A DNA stretch of 64,000 nt from positions 3,476 to 67,475 of the IMG/VR virus record IMGVR_UViG_3300014204_000184; one strand, 5' to 3'. Each line of letters opens with the position of its first letter. Position 1 is the stretch's first letter. Shown in pieces: positions 36,833 through 46,156 of this stretch. This stretch comes from a virus (Duplodnaviria > Caudoviricetes). The notes under the pieces are model-generated. The model ran no database searches, was not told the origin of the DNA, and was given only the letters and a program-made list of their open reading frames with translations. A program made the position numbers and the translations under genes.

Positions 36833-38247
36833 TAACCTGCGATACTGGAAATGTGCTTATACTGCGGGATCATCGATAGCGTCTTGCGCATCTGCTGCTC
36901 TCGCTCTTCCCGCCCCTTGTTATCTCCCAGGAACATACAGAAGTATTCAAACGCGTTAGCGATGTGGGAATAGTAGTTTTTGTCCGGTGTCTCAGAGGCT
37001 TCGCCGTTGGGGAAGACCTTGAATCGGTACCCGGAGCTCAGCGCCTTCCGAAGGATGTCTTGCTCGGGATCGATGACCACGGCCTGTTCTCCGAACACAG
37101 ACCGGGAGAGCTGAGATTCCACGGCACGCTGCCGGGCAACAAGATTGTTAGAAGGGGCTTGCTCGATCAGTTCCAAACCGTTCTCCTTGAAGATGTCATA
37201 GCAGGTCTTTTCGTCCGTCTGGACGCGCTGGGTTCCAGCGGGATCGCCAAACCCGATGATCCTGTAACCGAAGAACTCCTGCTTCAGCATGGGAAGGATC
37301 TGGTTGATCAGGAACTTCTCCAGGCCCATTCCGTCCGAACTTATGGCCCGGTAGATCATGACGCGCGATGTCGGCAGCATCTGACCGATGACGACAGAGG
37401 GGTTCAGACCGAAGTCCCAGCCCGTGATCAGGGGGAGACCTTTGATCGGATGCAAGGTGTTCGGACTGACGTGGGTGTTGTCGTTGTAGCTGGTCCCGTA
37501 GACCGGTTTCCCCTCGACCACGTACCCGTAGAGGCCGTGCGCGTAGACGTTAATGAATTGATCGTCCTTGCCCTTGATCAGATTTTGGTAATAGCCGCGG
37601 GGAAGATTGGGGATGTTCTCGGCGTGCGGGGAGAGACCGGACGGCTGCTTCCAGAGCTGGGCGTTGGAGGGTCTGGTCTTCTCGAAGTACTTGTAAAAGG
37701 GGTTGTTCTCGTCCGGGGGGTTCGTATCCATGATGATCCCCATCCAGGTCGCTTCAACCTCGCGCTTGGGTGGGTAGCGGCCGACACGGGTGTCCAGGAC
37801 GTCGAAGATAATCTTTGGGATCTCCCGATACTCGTTCAGCCAGGCGCCGGTGATTTCCAGGGATAGGAGGTTGGCCAACTGATCAGGTCTATCGAGGGCC
37901 CGGAACATCAACTGGATCTCTACGCCCGGGAAGGCGGTGATCGTATAGTTGTGGTCGGTCTTATTCCAGTCGCCGTAGAGGTCGGGGGGAAGCCAGTCAT
38001 GGACGGTTTTGATCGTGGTGTCTTCGAGTTGCCGGTATGTATTCCGGACAATAGCCCACCGCGTTCTCCTGATCCCATCCAACATCGGGGCCTGTTCATG
38101 GGCTCGGCGTGCCAGTTCGACCACACAACCCGATGACTTCCCGGATCCAACCGGGCCCATCAGGCCGCGAATACGTTTGTTGCTGAGGGCGAATTTTCGG
38201 ACGGTGGGGACGTCGTCGTAGTTAAACTCGATCTGGCGAGTTGTCAA
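36829..38247 (-). CDS. terL: Terminase large subunit (472 aa)
   Basis: Walker A GPVGSGKS, LEITGAWLNE, DTNPP, GWDFG nuclease Asp, HIANA. Confidence 0.92.
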   Translation of the reverse strand: MTTRQIEFNYDDVPTVRKFALSNKRIRGLMGPVGSGKSSGCVVELARRAHEQAPMLDGIRRTRWAIVRNTYRQLEDTTIKTVHDWLPPDLYGDWNKTDHNYTITAFPGVEIQLMFRALDRPDQLANLLSLEITGAWLNEYREIPKIIFDVLDTRVGRYPPKREVEATWMGIIMDTNPPDENNPFYKYFEKTRPSNAQLWKQPSGLSPHAENIPNLPRGYYQNLIKGKDDQFINVYAHGLYGYVVEGKPVYGTSYNDNTHVSPNTLHPIKGLPLITGWDFGLNPSVVIGQMLPTSRVMIYRAISSDGMGLEKFLINQILPMLKQEFFGYRIIGFGDPAGTQRVQTDEKTCYDIFKENGLELIEQAPSNNLVARQRAVESQLSRSVFGEQAVVIDPEQDILRKALSSGYRFKVFPNGEASETPDKNYYSHIANAFEYFCMFLGDNKGREEREQQMRKTLSMIPQYKHISSIAGY

Positions 38248-38587
38248 TCTCTTCCTCCATTTCGTCCTGTTCGAGGTTTTCCAACGGGGACAGGGCGGCC
38301 CGGAATTTGAGAACCTCTGCCGGCGCGTTATTCTTCACCTCGATATCGACCTCTTTGCCATCTTTGTAGAGGCCCTTGATAATGAAGGCTGTGTTGGGCT
38401 TTTCGTTTACCCTATTGGCCAGCTCAATTTCTTTCTCGCGGAGCTGGAGTCGCATGATGTCGGTGAGGAGGGATTTGAAGAACTTGGTATCGGCTTTAGC
38501 AAGCTCTTCTAGCTTGCTCCGCCCACCCATCGTGGCATAGACGGACATGAGATCATCGGCCAGGGATGCTTGTTTTTTCTTCGTCAT
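38222..38587 (-). CDS. Putative terminase small subunit (likely start MTKKKQ at 38587)
   Basis: Small helical protein directly upstream of terL. Confidence 0.55.
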   Translation of the reverse strand: MTKKKQASLADDLMSVYATMGGRSKLEELAKADTKFFKSLLTDIMRLQLREKEIELANRVNEKPNTAFIIKGLYKDGKEVDIEVKNNAPAEVLKFRAALSPLENLEQDEMEEEIDNSPDRV

Positions 38588-38643
38588 CGATGCATCACAA
38601 AACCTCAATAATTTGTACGGCATGGTAGCAGGAAAAAAAATCC

Positions 38644-38680
38644 TTGACAACGCCAAATAATTACTGTCTAAGATTAGACA
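38644..38680 (+). promoter_or_regulatory. Rightward promoter (-35 TTGACA) overlapping the palindromic operator TGTCTAA-GA-TTAGACA
   Basis: Perfect 7-bp inverted repeat at 38665-38680 in the divergent late/early intergenic region. Spacing to TAAGAT is 19 nt, which is long. Confidence 0.55.
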
Positions 38681-38702
38681 CACTTCAATCAAGGAGCAGC
38701 CT

Positions 38703-38987
38703 GTGAAGATGGTCTACAACTCACGCCTGATCGGCCTCATCAGATGTGCAAGGCTCAACCAGAGGTCGTTTTCGGTCGCCGCTGGGCTGGAATACACGGC
38801 CCTCTCCCACATCATCACCGGACGGAGAACCCCCACCAAGGAGCAACGGTTCGTGATCGCCAGGTACTTTAAAACCGACGACCGAGATATTGACAAAACC
38901 GCAGTCTACATTTTCGGAAAGGAGAAGGTAAATGGCCCCTCTAATGGCAAAGGACGGCGGGGGAGGCGGATTCGAACAGGTATCTGA
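38703..38987 (+). CDS. XRE/Cro-like HTH regulator
   Basis: LNQRSFSVAAGLEYTALSHIITGRRTP...IARYF. Confidence 0.8.
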   Translation: MKMVYNSRLIGLIRCARLNQRSFSVAAGLEYTALSHIITGRRTPTKEQRFVIARYFKTDDRDIDKTAVYIFGKEKVNGPSNGKGRRGRRIRTGI

Positions 38988-39552
38988 GGGCGTTCATAGA
39001 GGCGTTTGCTATTCGATCTATGATCTCGGTACCCACCGCGACGACAAGTACCAGAAAGACGTCCACAAGGTTCTGCTCATATGGGAGCTTCCCGACGAGC
39101 GGATCGAGGTGGAAAGGAACGGGGAGAAGAAGGATCTCCCCCGGGTCATCAGCAAGAAGTACACCCTCAGCCTGGGAGAAAAGGCGACCCTCCGCAAGGA
39201 TCTGCAAACCTGGAGAGGGCGCGCGTTTACTCCCGAGGAACTCAAAGGCTTCGATCTCAAGAACGTCCTGTCCAAAAACTGCCAGCTTCAGGTCATCCAC
39301 ACCACCAAGGAGAAGGGGAAGACTTACGCCAATGTGGCGGCAATCATCCCAATGCCGAAAAACTCGGCAAAGTTCTCCCCTGAAAATCCTGTGCGGTTCT
39401 TCAGTTTCGCCGACGGATCCCTTGAGATTCCCGACGGAACGCCGGACTGGATCAAGGACGAGATCAAGGCATCGGAGGAGTGGCAGACTCTGTCCGGATT
39501 TGATCCTGGACAGCAACCAGAATCGAACCCCGACGACGACATTCCCTTCTAA
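38932..39552 (+). CDS. Phage replication/ssDNA-binding protein (NGO0469-like) with acidic DDIPF tail
   Basis: DLGTH, WELP, YTLSLGEKATLRKDL..WRGR.FT..EL.GFDL, C-terminal DDDIPF. Confidence 0.75.
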   Translation: MAPLMAKDGGGGGFEQVSEGVHRGVCYSIYDLGTHRDDKYQKDVHKVLLIWELPDERIEVERNGEKKDLPRVISKKYTLSLGEKATLRKDLQTWRGRAFTPEELKGFDLKNVLSKNCQLQVIHTTKEKGKTYANVAAIIPMPKNSAKFSPENPVRFFSFADGSLEIPDGTPDWIKDEIKASEEWQTLSGFDPGQQPESNPDDDIPF

Positions 39553-39570
39553 ACCAAAAAGGAGCAGACT

Positions 39571-40464
39571 ATGCAGATCACTCGCAATCCCGAGCGGGAA
39601 CAATATCTCTTTGGTCAAATTCGCAAATCATTCGCTATCCTGGACATCGAACGAAACAAGCACATCCACCTCACCGATCTCATGACGCCCCGGCAAGCAT
39701 ACTGGAAACGCGTCATGCCGCTACCTCTCGAAGAGAGGGAGATCCAATACTTCATCATCGGCCGCGGGCATGAAGACGTCTTCCACCGGGTCACCGGGCT
39801 CAGCAAGCTCGAAGGGAAGGTGTGGGAGGGAATCTGCTATTCGATGGACTTCTTCGCCCCTCCCCTGGAACCCAACATCTTCCCGGTAGGGTCGCGGCCG
39901 ACCGAGATGAAGACCCGCCGCGGCTATCTGGCCAAGGAAGGCGAGGAGCTCGAACGCTACTCCAATTACCTCATCCAACTGAAGGGCTATTCGGCGGTCG
40001 AATGGATTCTCGTCGGAGAGCTGTGGATCTTCTCCCTCGTAGAGAAGACGGACGCATACCGGACGGAGCCACAACTTGCCTGTTACGAGGTCCAGTTCTC
40101 TGAAGAGGAGCTGCACATCGAGCGTGACAGGCTTCGGACAACCCACAAGGCCCTCCTCTATGCGCTCACCGGTGTCGCGGAGACACCATGGATGCCCCTG
40201 CCGTCCTGTGAGGAGTGGATGTGCCGGCGTACCATAACCAACATGATCGAGAAGCCCAGGTGTATCGATTGCGACCGGGAGTTTGAAACCGACTACGGCG
40301 CCGGCCTCCACCAGAAGGGCAAGAAGACCCTGGGGCATAAGATCAAACCGGCCGTGTACGAAAAGACCTATGAGCCCCGATGTAAATGGTACCGCTGGTG
40401 CATGGGCGGCGAACCGCTTCCCATCGTTGGGAAAGAAGGGAACGAGTCGGCGTTCGAGGCTTAG
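39571..40464 (+). CDS. PD-(D/E)xK (Cas4/RecB-like) exonuclease with C-terminal Zn motifs
   Basis: SMD...TEMKT...QLKGY catalytic motifs. CEEWMC, CIDC...H...H, CKWYRWC. Confidence 0.7.
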   Translation: MQITRNPEREQYLFGQIRKSFAILDIERNKHIHLTDLMTPRQAYWKRVMPLPLEEREIQYFIIGRGHEDVFHRVTGLSKLEGKVWEGICYSMDFFAPPLEPNIFPVGSRPTEMKTRRGYLAKEGEELERYSNYLIQLKGYSAVEWILVGELWIFSLVEKTDAYRTEPQLACYEVQFSEEELHIERDRLRTTHKALLYALTGVAETPWMPLPSCEEWMCRRTITNMIEKPRCIDCDREFETDYGAGLHQKGKKTLGHKIKPAVYEKTYEPRCKWYRWCMGGEPLPIVGKEGNESAFEA

Positions 40465-40467
40465 ACC

Positions 40468-41286
40468 GTGGCCAACCCACAACTCGAAAACGGATTCATT
40501 CCGATTGCGACCGAACTTTTCTCGGCAATCTGCCATTTCCGGTTTCCCGGGGAAGAGCGCCAGGTCTTCGACGCCATCATCCGGCAGACCTACGGCTGGA
40601 ACAAAAGGGAAGATCGGATCTCTCTTTCTCAATTTGTCGAGGCGACCGGGCTGGCTAAACCACACATCGTCCATGCCTTATCGGGGTTATTGCTGAAAAA
40701 GGCAATAATCGTTGCCGAAAAAGGCAACGACAAAGGTAAGTGGTATTCAATAAACAAGAATTACGAGGAGTGGATGCCGTTGCCGAAAAAGGCAACGTTG
40801 CCGAAAAAGGCAATGATTATTGCCGAAAAAGGCAACGATCTGTTGCCGAAAAAGGGTACCACAATAAACACTGTTATAGACACTACAACAGACAAAGACA
40901 TCTTTACGTCTGAACCCGAGGTTCCGACCCCTGATCAACCCCGGCCCGAACAGGCAAGGATGGAGTGTCCCCACCAGCAGATCGTCGCCGCCTACAACCG
41001 GATCCTACCTGAGCTGATCGCCGTGCAGATGTGGACGCCAGCCAGACAGTCCATCTTGAGGGCGAGGTGGAACGAGGCTACGGAGAGGCAAACGCTGGAA
41101 TGGTGGGAGGATTTCTTTGGCTATGTGAAGACATGCCCCTTTCTGATGGGAAAGATTTCGAATTTCAGGGCCGACCTCGAATGGCTTATCCGGCCCAAGA
41201 ACTTCCCCAAGGTATTGGAAGGGAAGTACGATGACCGTAAAAACCAGAAACACCGGGGGATCAAGGCATGGTTGGAGGAACAATGA
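40468..41286 (+). CDS. Lambda-O-like replication initiator
   Basis: MANPQLENGF..IA.EL...IIRQTYGWNK..DRIS.SQF (Phage_rep_O N-terminus). C-terminal ADLEWLIRP.NF.KVLEGKY. Confidence 0.88.
   Translation: MANPQLENGFIPIATELFSAICHFRFPGEERQVFDAIIRQTYGWNKREDRISLSQFVEATGLAKPHIVHALSGLLLKKAIIVAEKGNDKGKWYSINKNYEEWMPLPKKATLPKKAMIIAEKGNDLLPKKGTTINTVIDTTTDKDIFTSEPEVPTPDQPRPEQARMECPHQQIVAAYNRILPELIAVQMWTPARQSILRARWNEATERQTLEWWEDFFGYVKTCPFLMGKISNFRADLEWLIRPKNFPKVLEGKYDDRKNQKHRGIKAWLEEQ
40690..40858 (+). repeat. Six copies of the 16-bp palindromic iteron TTGCCGAAAAAGGCAA (probable replication origin)
   Basis: Copies start at 40690 (one mismatch), 40712, 40780, 40798, 40820 and 40843 (degenerate end). They lie inside the O-like gene, as in lambda ori. 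Confidence 0.8.
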
Positions 41287-41813
41287 CGCGCGAAGACAAA
41301 TTTAGATTTGCTAAAGTAATAGGGGTCTTAGAAGAGTTCTATGACAAAGAGTTATCGAAGGACGTTTCTGCCCTCTATTTCGAAGGACTCGGAGAGTATT
41401 CGATCGAGCAGATCGAGGCCGCCGCCAAGGAGATTATCCGGACAAAGGCGTGGTTTCCGAAGCTGGTAGACTTCACCGAGATTTTAGGGGGAAAGAAGGA
41501 CCAGGGTCTGGCCGCCTGGATAAAATTCATGGAGGCCTTGAAGACTCAGAGCCCTTACGATTCAATTCAGTTCGCCGATCCTGCAATCAACGACGTGATC
41601 GAATTCATGGGAGGGTGGCCGGCTGCCTGCCTGTGGACCAACGAGGAATTGAAGTGGAAGGAGAAGGATTTTGTGGGGTTGTACGCGGCTATGAGGGGGG
41701 CGGGGAAGGTCAAGTATCTTCCTGGGGCTCATGAACAGGGAGGTGGAAGGTTTTCCCCGCCAATTCTTATCGGAGCCCCGGAGGGGCAAAAGCTGTTAAC
41801 GAAAGGAGAATGA
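41283..41813 (+). CDS. DUF6475-like protein (helicase-loader position)
   Basis: AW...YDSIQFADP.I..VI..MGGW...C...KW pattern. Follows the O-like gene. Confidence 0.7.
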   Translation: MTREDKFRFAKVIGVLEEFYDKELSKDVSALYFEGLGEYSIEQIEAAAKEIIRTKAWFPKLVDFTEILGGKKDQGLAAWIKFMEALKTQSPYDSIQFADPAINDVIEFMGGWPAACLWTNEELKWKEKDFVGLYAAMRGAGKVKYLPGAHEQGGGRFSPPILIGAPEGQKLLTKGE

Positions 41814-41814
41814 A

Positions 41815-42174
41815 ATGATGGAGCAGCAGTTAAAGGACAGGGACAGGGTGATCGCGTTCAAGGCGGTTGAGGTGGGTGGGGAGACTTCCTTCACCCCGGC
41901 CGAGGAAGCCCGGGGAATCCTCATCAGCGTCAAGGATGACAAGGCCTACATCCTCCCCGACGGCATGAAGACGATCAAGGTGTGGCCGCTGGCGGCGGTC
42001 CAGAAGGAGCCCGAAGAGAAGGTGGCGTCGGCGTCGGCGTTGATCCTGGGCATGCTGACGTTTCTCCGTGGGTATTACTCGGCTCGAAAGCCGGAGGAAG
42101 GCTTCAGGCCGGGCCAGAACACGAAGATCGAATGCATCGATTACCTGATCAAGCAGGAGAGGGAGGGCGAGTAG
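41815..42174 (+). CDS. Hypothetical protein (119 aa)
   Basis: ORF with SD, coupled to neighbours. Confidence 0.65.
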   Translation: MMEQQLKDRDRVIAFKAVEVGGETSFTPAEEARGILISVKDDKAYILPDGMKTIKVWPLAAVQKEPEEKVASASALILGMLTFLRGYYSARKPEEGFRPGQNTKIECIDYLIKQEREGE

Positions 42175-42175
42175 A

Positions 42176-42907
42176 ATGAAATCACCCACCGGAATTTTGG
42201 CAGGACAGTCGCCGGACACCCTGTCGGCGGTCCTGGAATGGAAACCGACCCCGGCACAGCGCAAGAACGCCATCATTACCAATTACCTGCGCGGGGCCGA
42301 GGCATACCTGATCGTCGGGAAGCTCCTCTATGAGGCCCAAAAGGGAGAAGACTGGAAGAAGGACGGCTCTGAGGCGCAGAATTTCTTCGAGTGGGTCGAG
42401 AAGGAGCTGACGATCAAGCGGTCGAACGGCGATCGGATGATCCAGATCTGGAAGGGGGTCGGGCCCCTGCTACCCAAGCACCAGGATCTGATCCGGAAGA
42501 TCGACTTCTCGAAACTGGCCATGATCATGCCGATCATCCGGTCCATGCAGGACGAGCAGAAGATCCTGGACTGGTTGCACATGGCCGAAACCAACACGGT
42601 AAAGGACCTGGAGAACAACATCCGGGAGAAGGGCGGGACCAGGCGTGCGCTGAAGCCCACGGATACCTGTCCCCATCCCCTCGACCAGATCGGGAAGAGA
42701 TTGTTCGTCAAGTGCCGCTTGTGCGGCGGATTATTCCCGGAAGGCGAGGAACGGGTGACCAGGGTCCGAGAGGTCCTAGAACAGGCAAAGAAGGCCATCA
42801 AGGCCCTTCATGGTGACCTGTCCTGGGAGGAGTATAACAGGTCCAGCCCCGAGATGAAGGCGGTCAATGGCCTCCTCCGGGAGTATGGGTCGAAACAACT
42901 TTCTTAA
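42176..42907 (+). CDS. Hypothetical DNA-binding protein (DUF3102-like N-terminal region, Zn motif)
   Basis: VGKLLYE...FFEWVEKEL...RMIQIW. CPH...CRLC. Confidence 0.6.
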   Translation: MKSPTGILAGQSPDTLSAVLEWKPTPAQRKNAIITNYLRGAEAYLIVGKLLYEAQKGEDWKKDGSEAQNFFEWVEKELTIKRSNGDRMIQIWKGVGPLLPKHQDLIRKIDFSKLAMIMPIIRSMQDEQKILDWLHMAETNTVKDLENNIREKGGTRRALKPTDTCPHPLDQIGKRLFVKCRLCGGLFPEGEERVTRVREVLEQAKKAIKALHGDLSWEEYNRSSPEMKAVNGLLREYGSKQLS

Positions 42908-42933
42908 TCCCGAAAGGGGAAAGGAGCAGTACC

Positions 42934-43296
42934 ATGGCAGAAGGCAAACCCGGAGAAACATTGGTAGCGTTCGACAGCGGTCATTACAAAAAGGTCACGG
43001 GAAAGTGGGCGGGGGATTCCGTCTGGATGCATTTCAAGAAGCCCGACGGAGGCATGGTCCACGTCAACAAGGACAAGGTCGAGTACACCGAATCGTTCGG
43101 CGAAAACCCTGAAAACCAGAGCGTTATCCCTGATGACGAGCTTGCGGCCCTTCGGAAGTTTAGGGAGCAACTGAGAGCCGAAATCGACCGCACAAAAATG
43201 GTGACAGAGCAGATGAAGAGCTCGATCCGCGCATCGAACCCGATCCGCGTACCGAAACCGGTCCTCAAGAAACGCTCCCACCACGCGAAGAGGTAG
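42934..43296 (+). CDS. Hypothetical protein (120 aa)
   Basis: SD AAGGAG before the ATG. Confidence 0.65.
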   Translation: MAEGKPGETLVAFDSGHYKKVTGKWAGDSVWMHFKKPDGGMVHVNKDKVEYTESFGENPENQSVIPDDELAALRKFREQLRAEIDRTKMVTEQMKSSIRASNPIRVPKPVLKKRSHHAKR

Positions 43297-43442
43297 GCGA
43301 TGTCTTTAGAGGATCGCATATGCTCAACGTGTAAAGCGTATGGATTCCAGACGGGGAACCCGAAGGGCTACCGATGGGCCTGCTGCCAGAAGAAGCGCTT
43401 CTGGTTCCCCGATTCTGAAGATTTACCGGGAGATAGAAGGGG

Positions 43443-43760
43443 GTGCGAGGAATGGGAAGGAAGATAGAGGTTTTTCTGCCAAGGTTCATCCGGAGGGTGG
43501 TAGCGACCATCCGGGCATACCTGGCCTGGACGCGACAAGTGGCTATCGCCACCAGTGCGATTCAGCCGATCATGTCCATGGAGCTCGAGTATGCGACGTT
43601 CACCGAGATATTGCATCTCGTGAGTCAACAGCCCGCCATCCCACCGGAGTGGTGGGGTCCGATCGCTCTTAACCTCCAGGTTCGCGTCGGGAGAGGCAAG
43701 ACCGAATTGGAAGAGACGGTCCGTGATATCGGCCGGAGGTTTTCCCATGGAGCTTCTTGA
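43443..43760 (+). CDS. Hypothetical protein
   Basis: ORF in a tightly packed operon. Confidence 0.5.
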   Translation: MRGMGRKIEVFLPRFIRRVVATIRAYLAWTRQVAIATSAIQPIMSMELEYATFTEILHLVSQQPAIPPEWWGPIALNLQVRVGRGKTELEETVRDIGRRFSHGAS

Positions 43761-43956
43761 CGACGAGCAATGCCAGCTACTGGACCGTCTAAGTGAGCAG
43801 GTGGCTATGGGAATCATTGACGGTCTGACATCGTGGGAGCAGGACTTCCTGGAAGACAACATGGACCGCTACGACACGTATGGGGATCGCACCCGGCTAT
43901 CCGATTCCCAATGGGAACACCTACACCGTATAGCCGAGAAGCTGGGGGTGGAATGA
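43747..43956 (+). CDS. Small acidic hypothetical protein (LTSWEQDFLED...LSDSQWEHL)
   Basis: SD GGAGG. The WE..F motif is common in small phage proteins. Confidence 0.65.
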   Translation: MELLDDEQCQLLDRLSEQVAMGIIDGLTSWEQDFLEDNMDRYDTYGDRTRLSDSQWEHLHRIAEKLGVE

Positions 43957-44387
43957 GCAGAATTTCTTTCTTTGTCCCTGGGATCCCCGTGGGAAAGGGC
44001 AGTGGGAAGGCATTCAAAAATCCGAACATGAAGTTCGCCGTCGTCGTCCAGGACAACGCGGAGAGGCAAAAGCCGTGGGCATCGAGGATCTTCAGTGTTG
44101 CCGAAGACTCCGGTTGCGTCCCGGTCTCCGGCCCGATCTCGTTGGAGCTGCGGTTCATCATGCCGCGGCCCAAAAGCCATTATCGGGCCAATGGCCAGTT
44201 GAAGCCTGGGGCCCCCACCTTTCATACCGGAACCCCGGATCTGGACAAACTGATCCGGTGCGTCAAGGACGCCCTCACGTCGGTCGCCTGGAAGGATGAC
44301 AAACAGGTCTGCTTGATGCCGGCGACCATGAAGCTCTACGGGGAACAACCCGGCGTCTACATCACCATCCAAGGAGCCGAAGAATGA
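43953..44387 (+). CDS. rusA: RusA-family Holliday junction resolvase
   Basis: FFVPG.P, RPKSH, PDLDKL.R.V.DALT...W.DD.QV. Confidence 0.88.
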   Translation: MSRISFFVPGIPVGKGSGKAFKNPNMKFAVVVQDNAERQKPWASRIFSVAEDSGCVPVSGPISLELRFIMPRPKSHYRANGQLKPGAPTFHTGTPDLDKLIRCVKDALTSVAWKDDKQVCLMPATMKLYGEQPGVYITIQGAEE

Positions 44388-44761
44388 ACCTCAAGAAGCA
44401 GTGCTACAAGTTGTTCCAGGTCATTGTGGTGGAACGTGACCCCTACTGCCGGCGCCCCGGATGCACGAAGCCGGCGACATCCGGCCACCACGTCTTCGGC
44501 CGAAACAAAATGGGGACCGCCTTCGAGACCGATAGCGGGATGGGGCTCTGCCTGGATGATCACGATGGGTGGGCAAGAGAATGCCCGGGGGAGGTCCGGG
44601 AGGTTTTACGAGCCATGGTGGGGGACAAACGGTTCGAGGAGCTGGTACGGCTGTCGAATGAGACTTGTCGCTGGCGAGACGCCGACTTTCACGACTATGC
44701 AACCCGGATGAGTCTTGAACTGGTAGAACTCCGGGAGAAGAAACGGGAGGCAGGAGAATGA
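44384..44761 (+). CDS. NinG-like/HNH Zn-binding nuclease-fold protein
   Basis: RDPYC...GC...GHH.FGR...GLC..H. Confidence 0.65.
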   Translation: MNLKKQCYKLFQVIVVERDPYCRRPGCTKPATSGHHVFGRNKMGTAFETDSGMGLCLDDHDGWARECPGEVREVLRAMVGDKRFEELVRLSNETCRWRDADFHDYATRMSLELVELREKKREAGE

Positions 44762-45108
44762 GTGATCGAATGGAGAAGGCCATCATCCTGATGAAGGCCG
44801 AGGTAGAGAAGTGGAAGGGGCTGCTGCTGAAGTCCGCCGAGGGGCAGGACGCCGCCTATGCCCGACAGGTCCAGGACGCCATCCTGGCCGTCGACGGAGT
44901 CTTCGCGCTCATGGACCAGGTGGACGAGAAAAACGCCTGGATCAAGTCCGCCCTTACCTTCACGATCACCGGGATCTGCGGTGGGGACGTCTTCACCAAG
45001 AGAGCCAGCGCCGTCCTCACAGGGCTCTCCAAGGGCCTCCAGGTGGTCGTATTCGAGTCCGCGGAAGAAATGGCCATGCTGATGGGCCGGGCGGAAGGGA
45101 GGAGCTGA
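44758..45108 (+). CDS. Hypothetical protein (116 aa)
   Basis: Coupled ORF. Confidence 0.6.
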   Translation: MSDRMEKAIILMKAEVEKWKGLLLKSAEGQDAAYARQVQDAILAVDGVFALMDQVDEKNAWIKSALTFTITGICGGDVFTKRASAVLTGLSKGLQVVVFESAEEMAMLMGRAEGRS

Positions 45109-45359
45109 TGGAAGACGTCAAACCACCCGAGCGGATATCACTGACCGTCATAAGCATGACACCGATGTCCCGCGGCCGGTACCGGGTGAAGCTGAAGGAG
45201 ACGTTCCCCATCGAAAATTTCATCCATGACGGATTCCATTGGGGGATCGAGAAGCGGCTGGGCCGCGGCCGCTACATCATGCGGAAGCTGCCCGGCCAGG
45301 GCGGTGAGCCGGACGAGGAGCTGGTCCGGATGGAAAGGAAGGTCAAAGATGGAAAGTAG
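45108..45359 (+). CDS. Hypothetical protein (MEDVKPPE...)
   Basis: SD GGGAGGAG. C-terminal part of track ORF 44811..45359. Confidence 0.55.
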   Translation: MEDVKPPERISLTVISMTPMSRGRYRVKLKETFPIENFIHDGFHWGIEKRLGRGRYIMRKLPGQGGEPDEELVRMERKVKDGK

Positions 45360-45807
45360 ACTACCCCCGAGGGAAGAATGCATTCGAGCATTCCAGGAAT
45401 ACGATCATGCCGTCTCTGTCATGCAGGCCCCAAGCCCTCGTGATCGGGCCTTCGCCGCGCAGAAACTTGCCGGGTTCTTCTCCGACCACTACCGGAAGGA
45501 GATCGACAGCCTCATCGCCGAGCGGGATCTGCGCGTCTCCGACAGCACCCGGATCTTGGCCGAGCTCTTGCTGATCCGGTCCTTGCTGGAGAAGACATCA
45601 GAACCGTCATTGCATTGGAAAGAGTCGGGACCATTTCGGGAAATAGAGTGTCCATGGTGCGATCTTCTTTTCCGTGTCTATTGTGTCGGAAACTCACCGG
45701 AAATTATCCGTGAAGCAGACCACCAAGTAGGATTACACCTTAACGCCCATATTAGGGAAACTCATGGCACGGAGAAGCGGGAAGGAGGCGACCCATGCCC
45801 CTCTTAG
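45349..45807 (+). CDS. Hypothetical protein with C-terminal C2H2-like Zn motif
   Basis: CPWC...HLNAH. Confidence 0.55.
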   Translation: MESRLPPREECIRAFQEYDHAVSVMQAPSPRDRAFAAQKLAGFFSDHYRKEIDSLIAERDLRVSDSTRILAELLLIRSLLEKTSEPSLHWKESGPFREIECPWCDLLFRVYCVGNSPEIIREADHQVGLHLNAHIRETHGTEKREGGDPCPS

Positions 45808-46152
45808 GATTCAAGAAGCAGTTCGCCCCCCTGGTCGAAGAGGGCCAAAAACGGCAGACCATCAGGGCCAAACGCCGTGACGGCCGCAACCCCCATGCCG
45901 GCGAAACCCTCTTCCTGTACACGGGCCTCCGGACAAAGAGCTGCCGGAAGCTGGGGATCTCCGGGTGTAAGAGCGTCCCGGGAGATCACGATCGAGTCCC
46001 ACGGCATCAATGTCGAGGGGGTGTGGCTTCGTCATGCCGACATGGAAAAGCTGGCCTATGACGACGGGTTCGATTCCTTTGAACAGCTGCTGGCCTTCTT
46101 CGAGAAGGAGCATCACAGGCTTCCCTTCCGGGGCCTGCTAATCATGTGGTGA
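45795..46152 (+). pseudogene. ASCH/PUA-like protein split by a +1 frameshift near 45977
   Basis: Frame A gives MPLLGFKKQFAPLVEEGQKRQTIR...CKSV. Frame B continues REITI...LAYDDGF..F...F...PF.G.LI.W. Junction sequence GTCCCGGGAG. Confidence 0.65.
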
Positions 46153-46156
46153 GGCT

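Noticed and set aside
31115-37866. Plus-strand ORFs of 505, 487, 307, 300 aa, etc. over portal, GT and terL
   Set aside because: Antisense shadows of well-supported minus-strand genes in a GC-rich genome.
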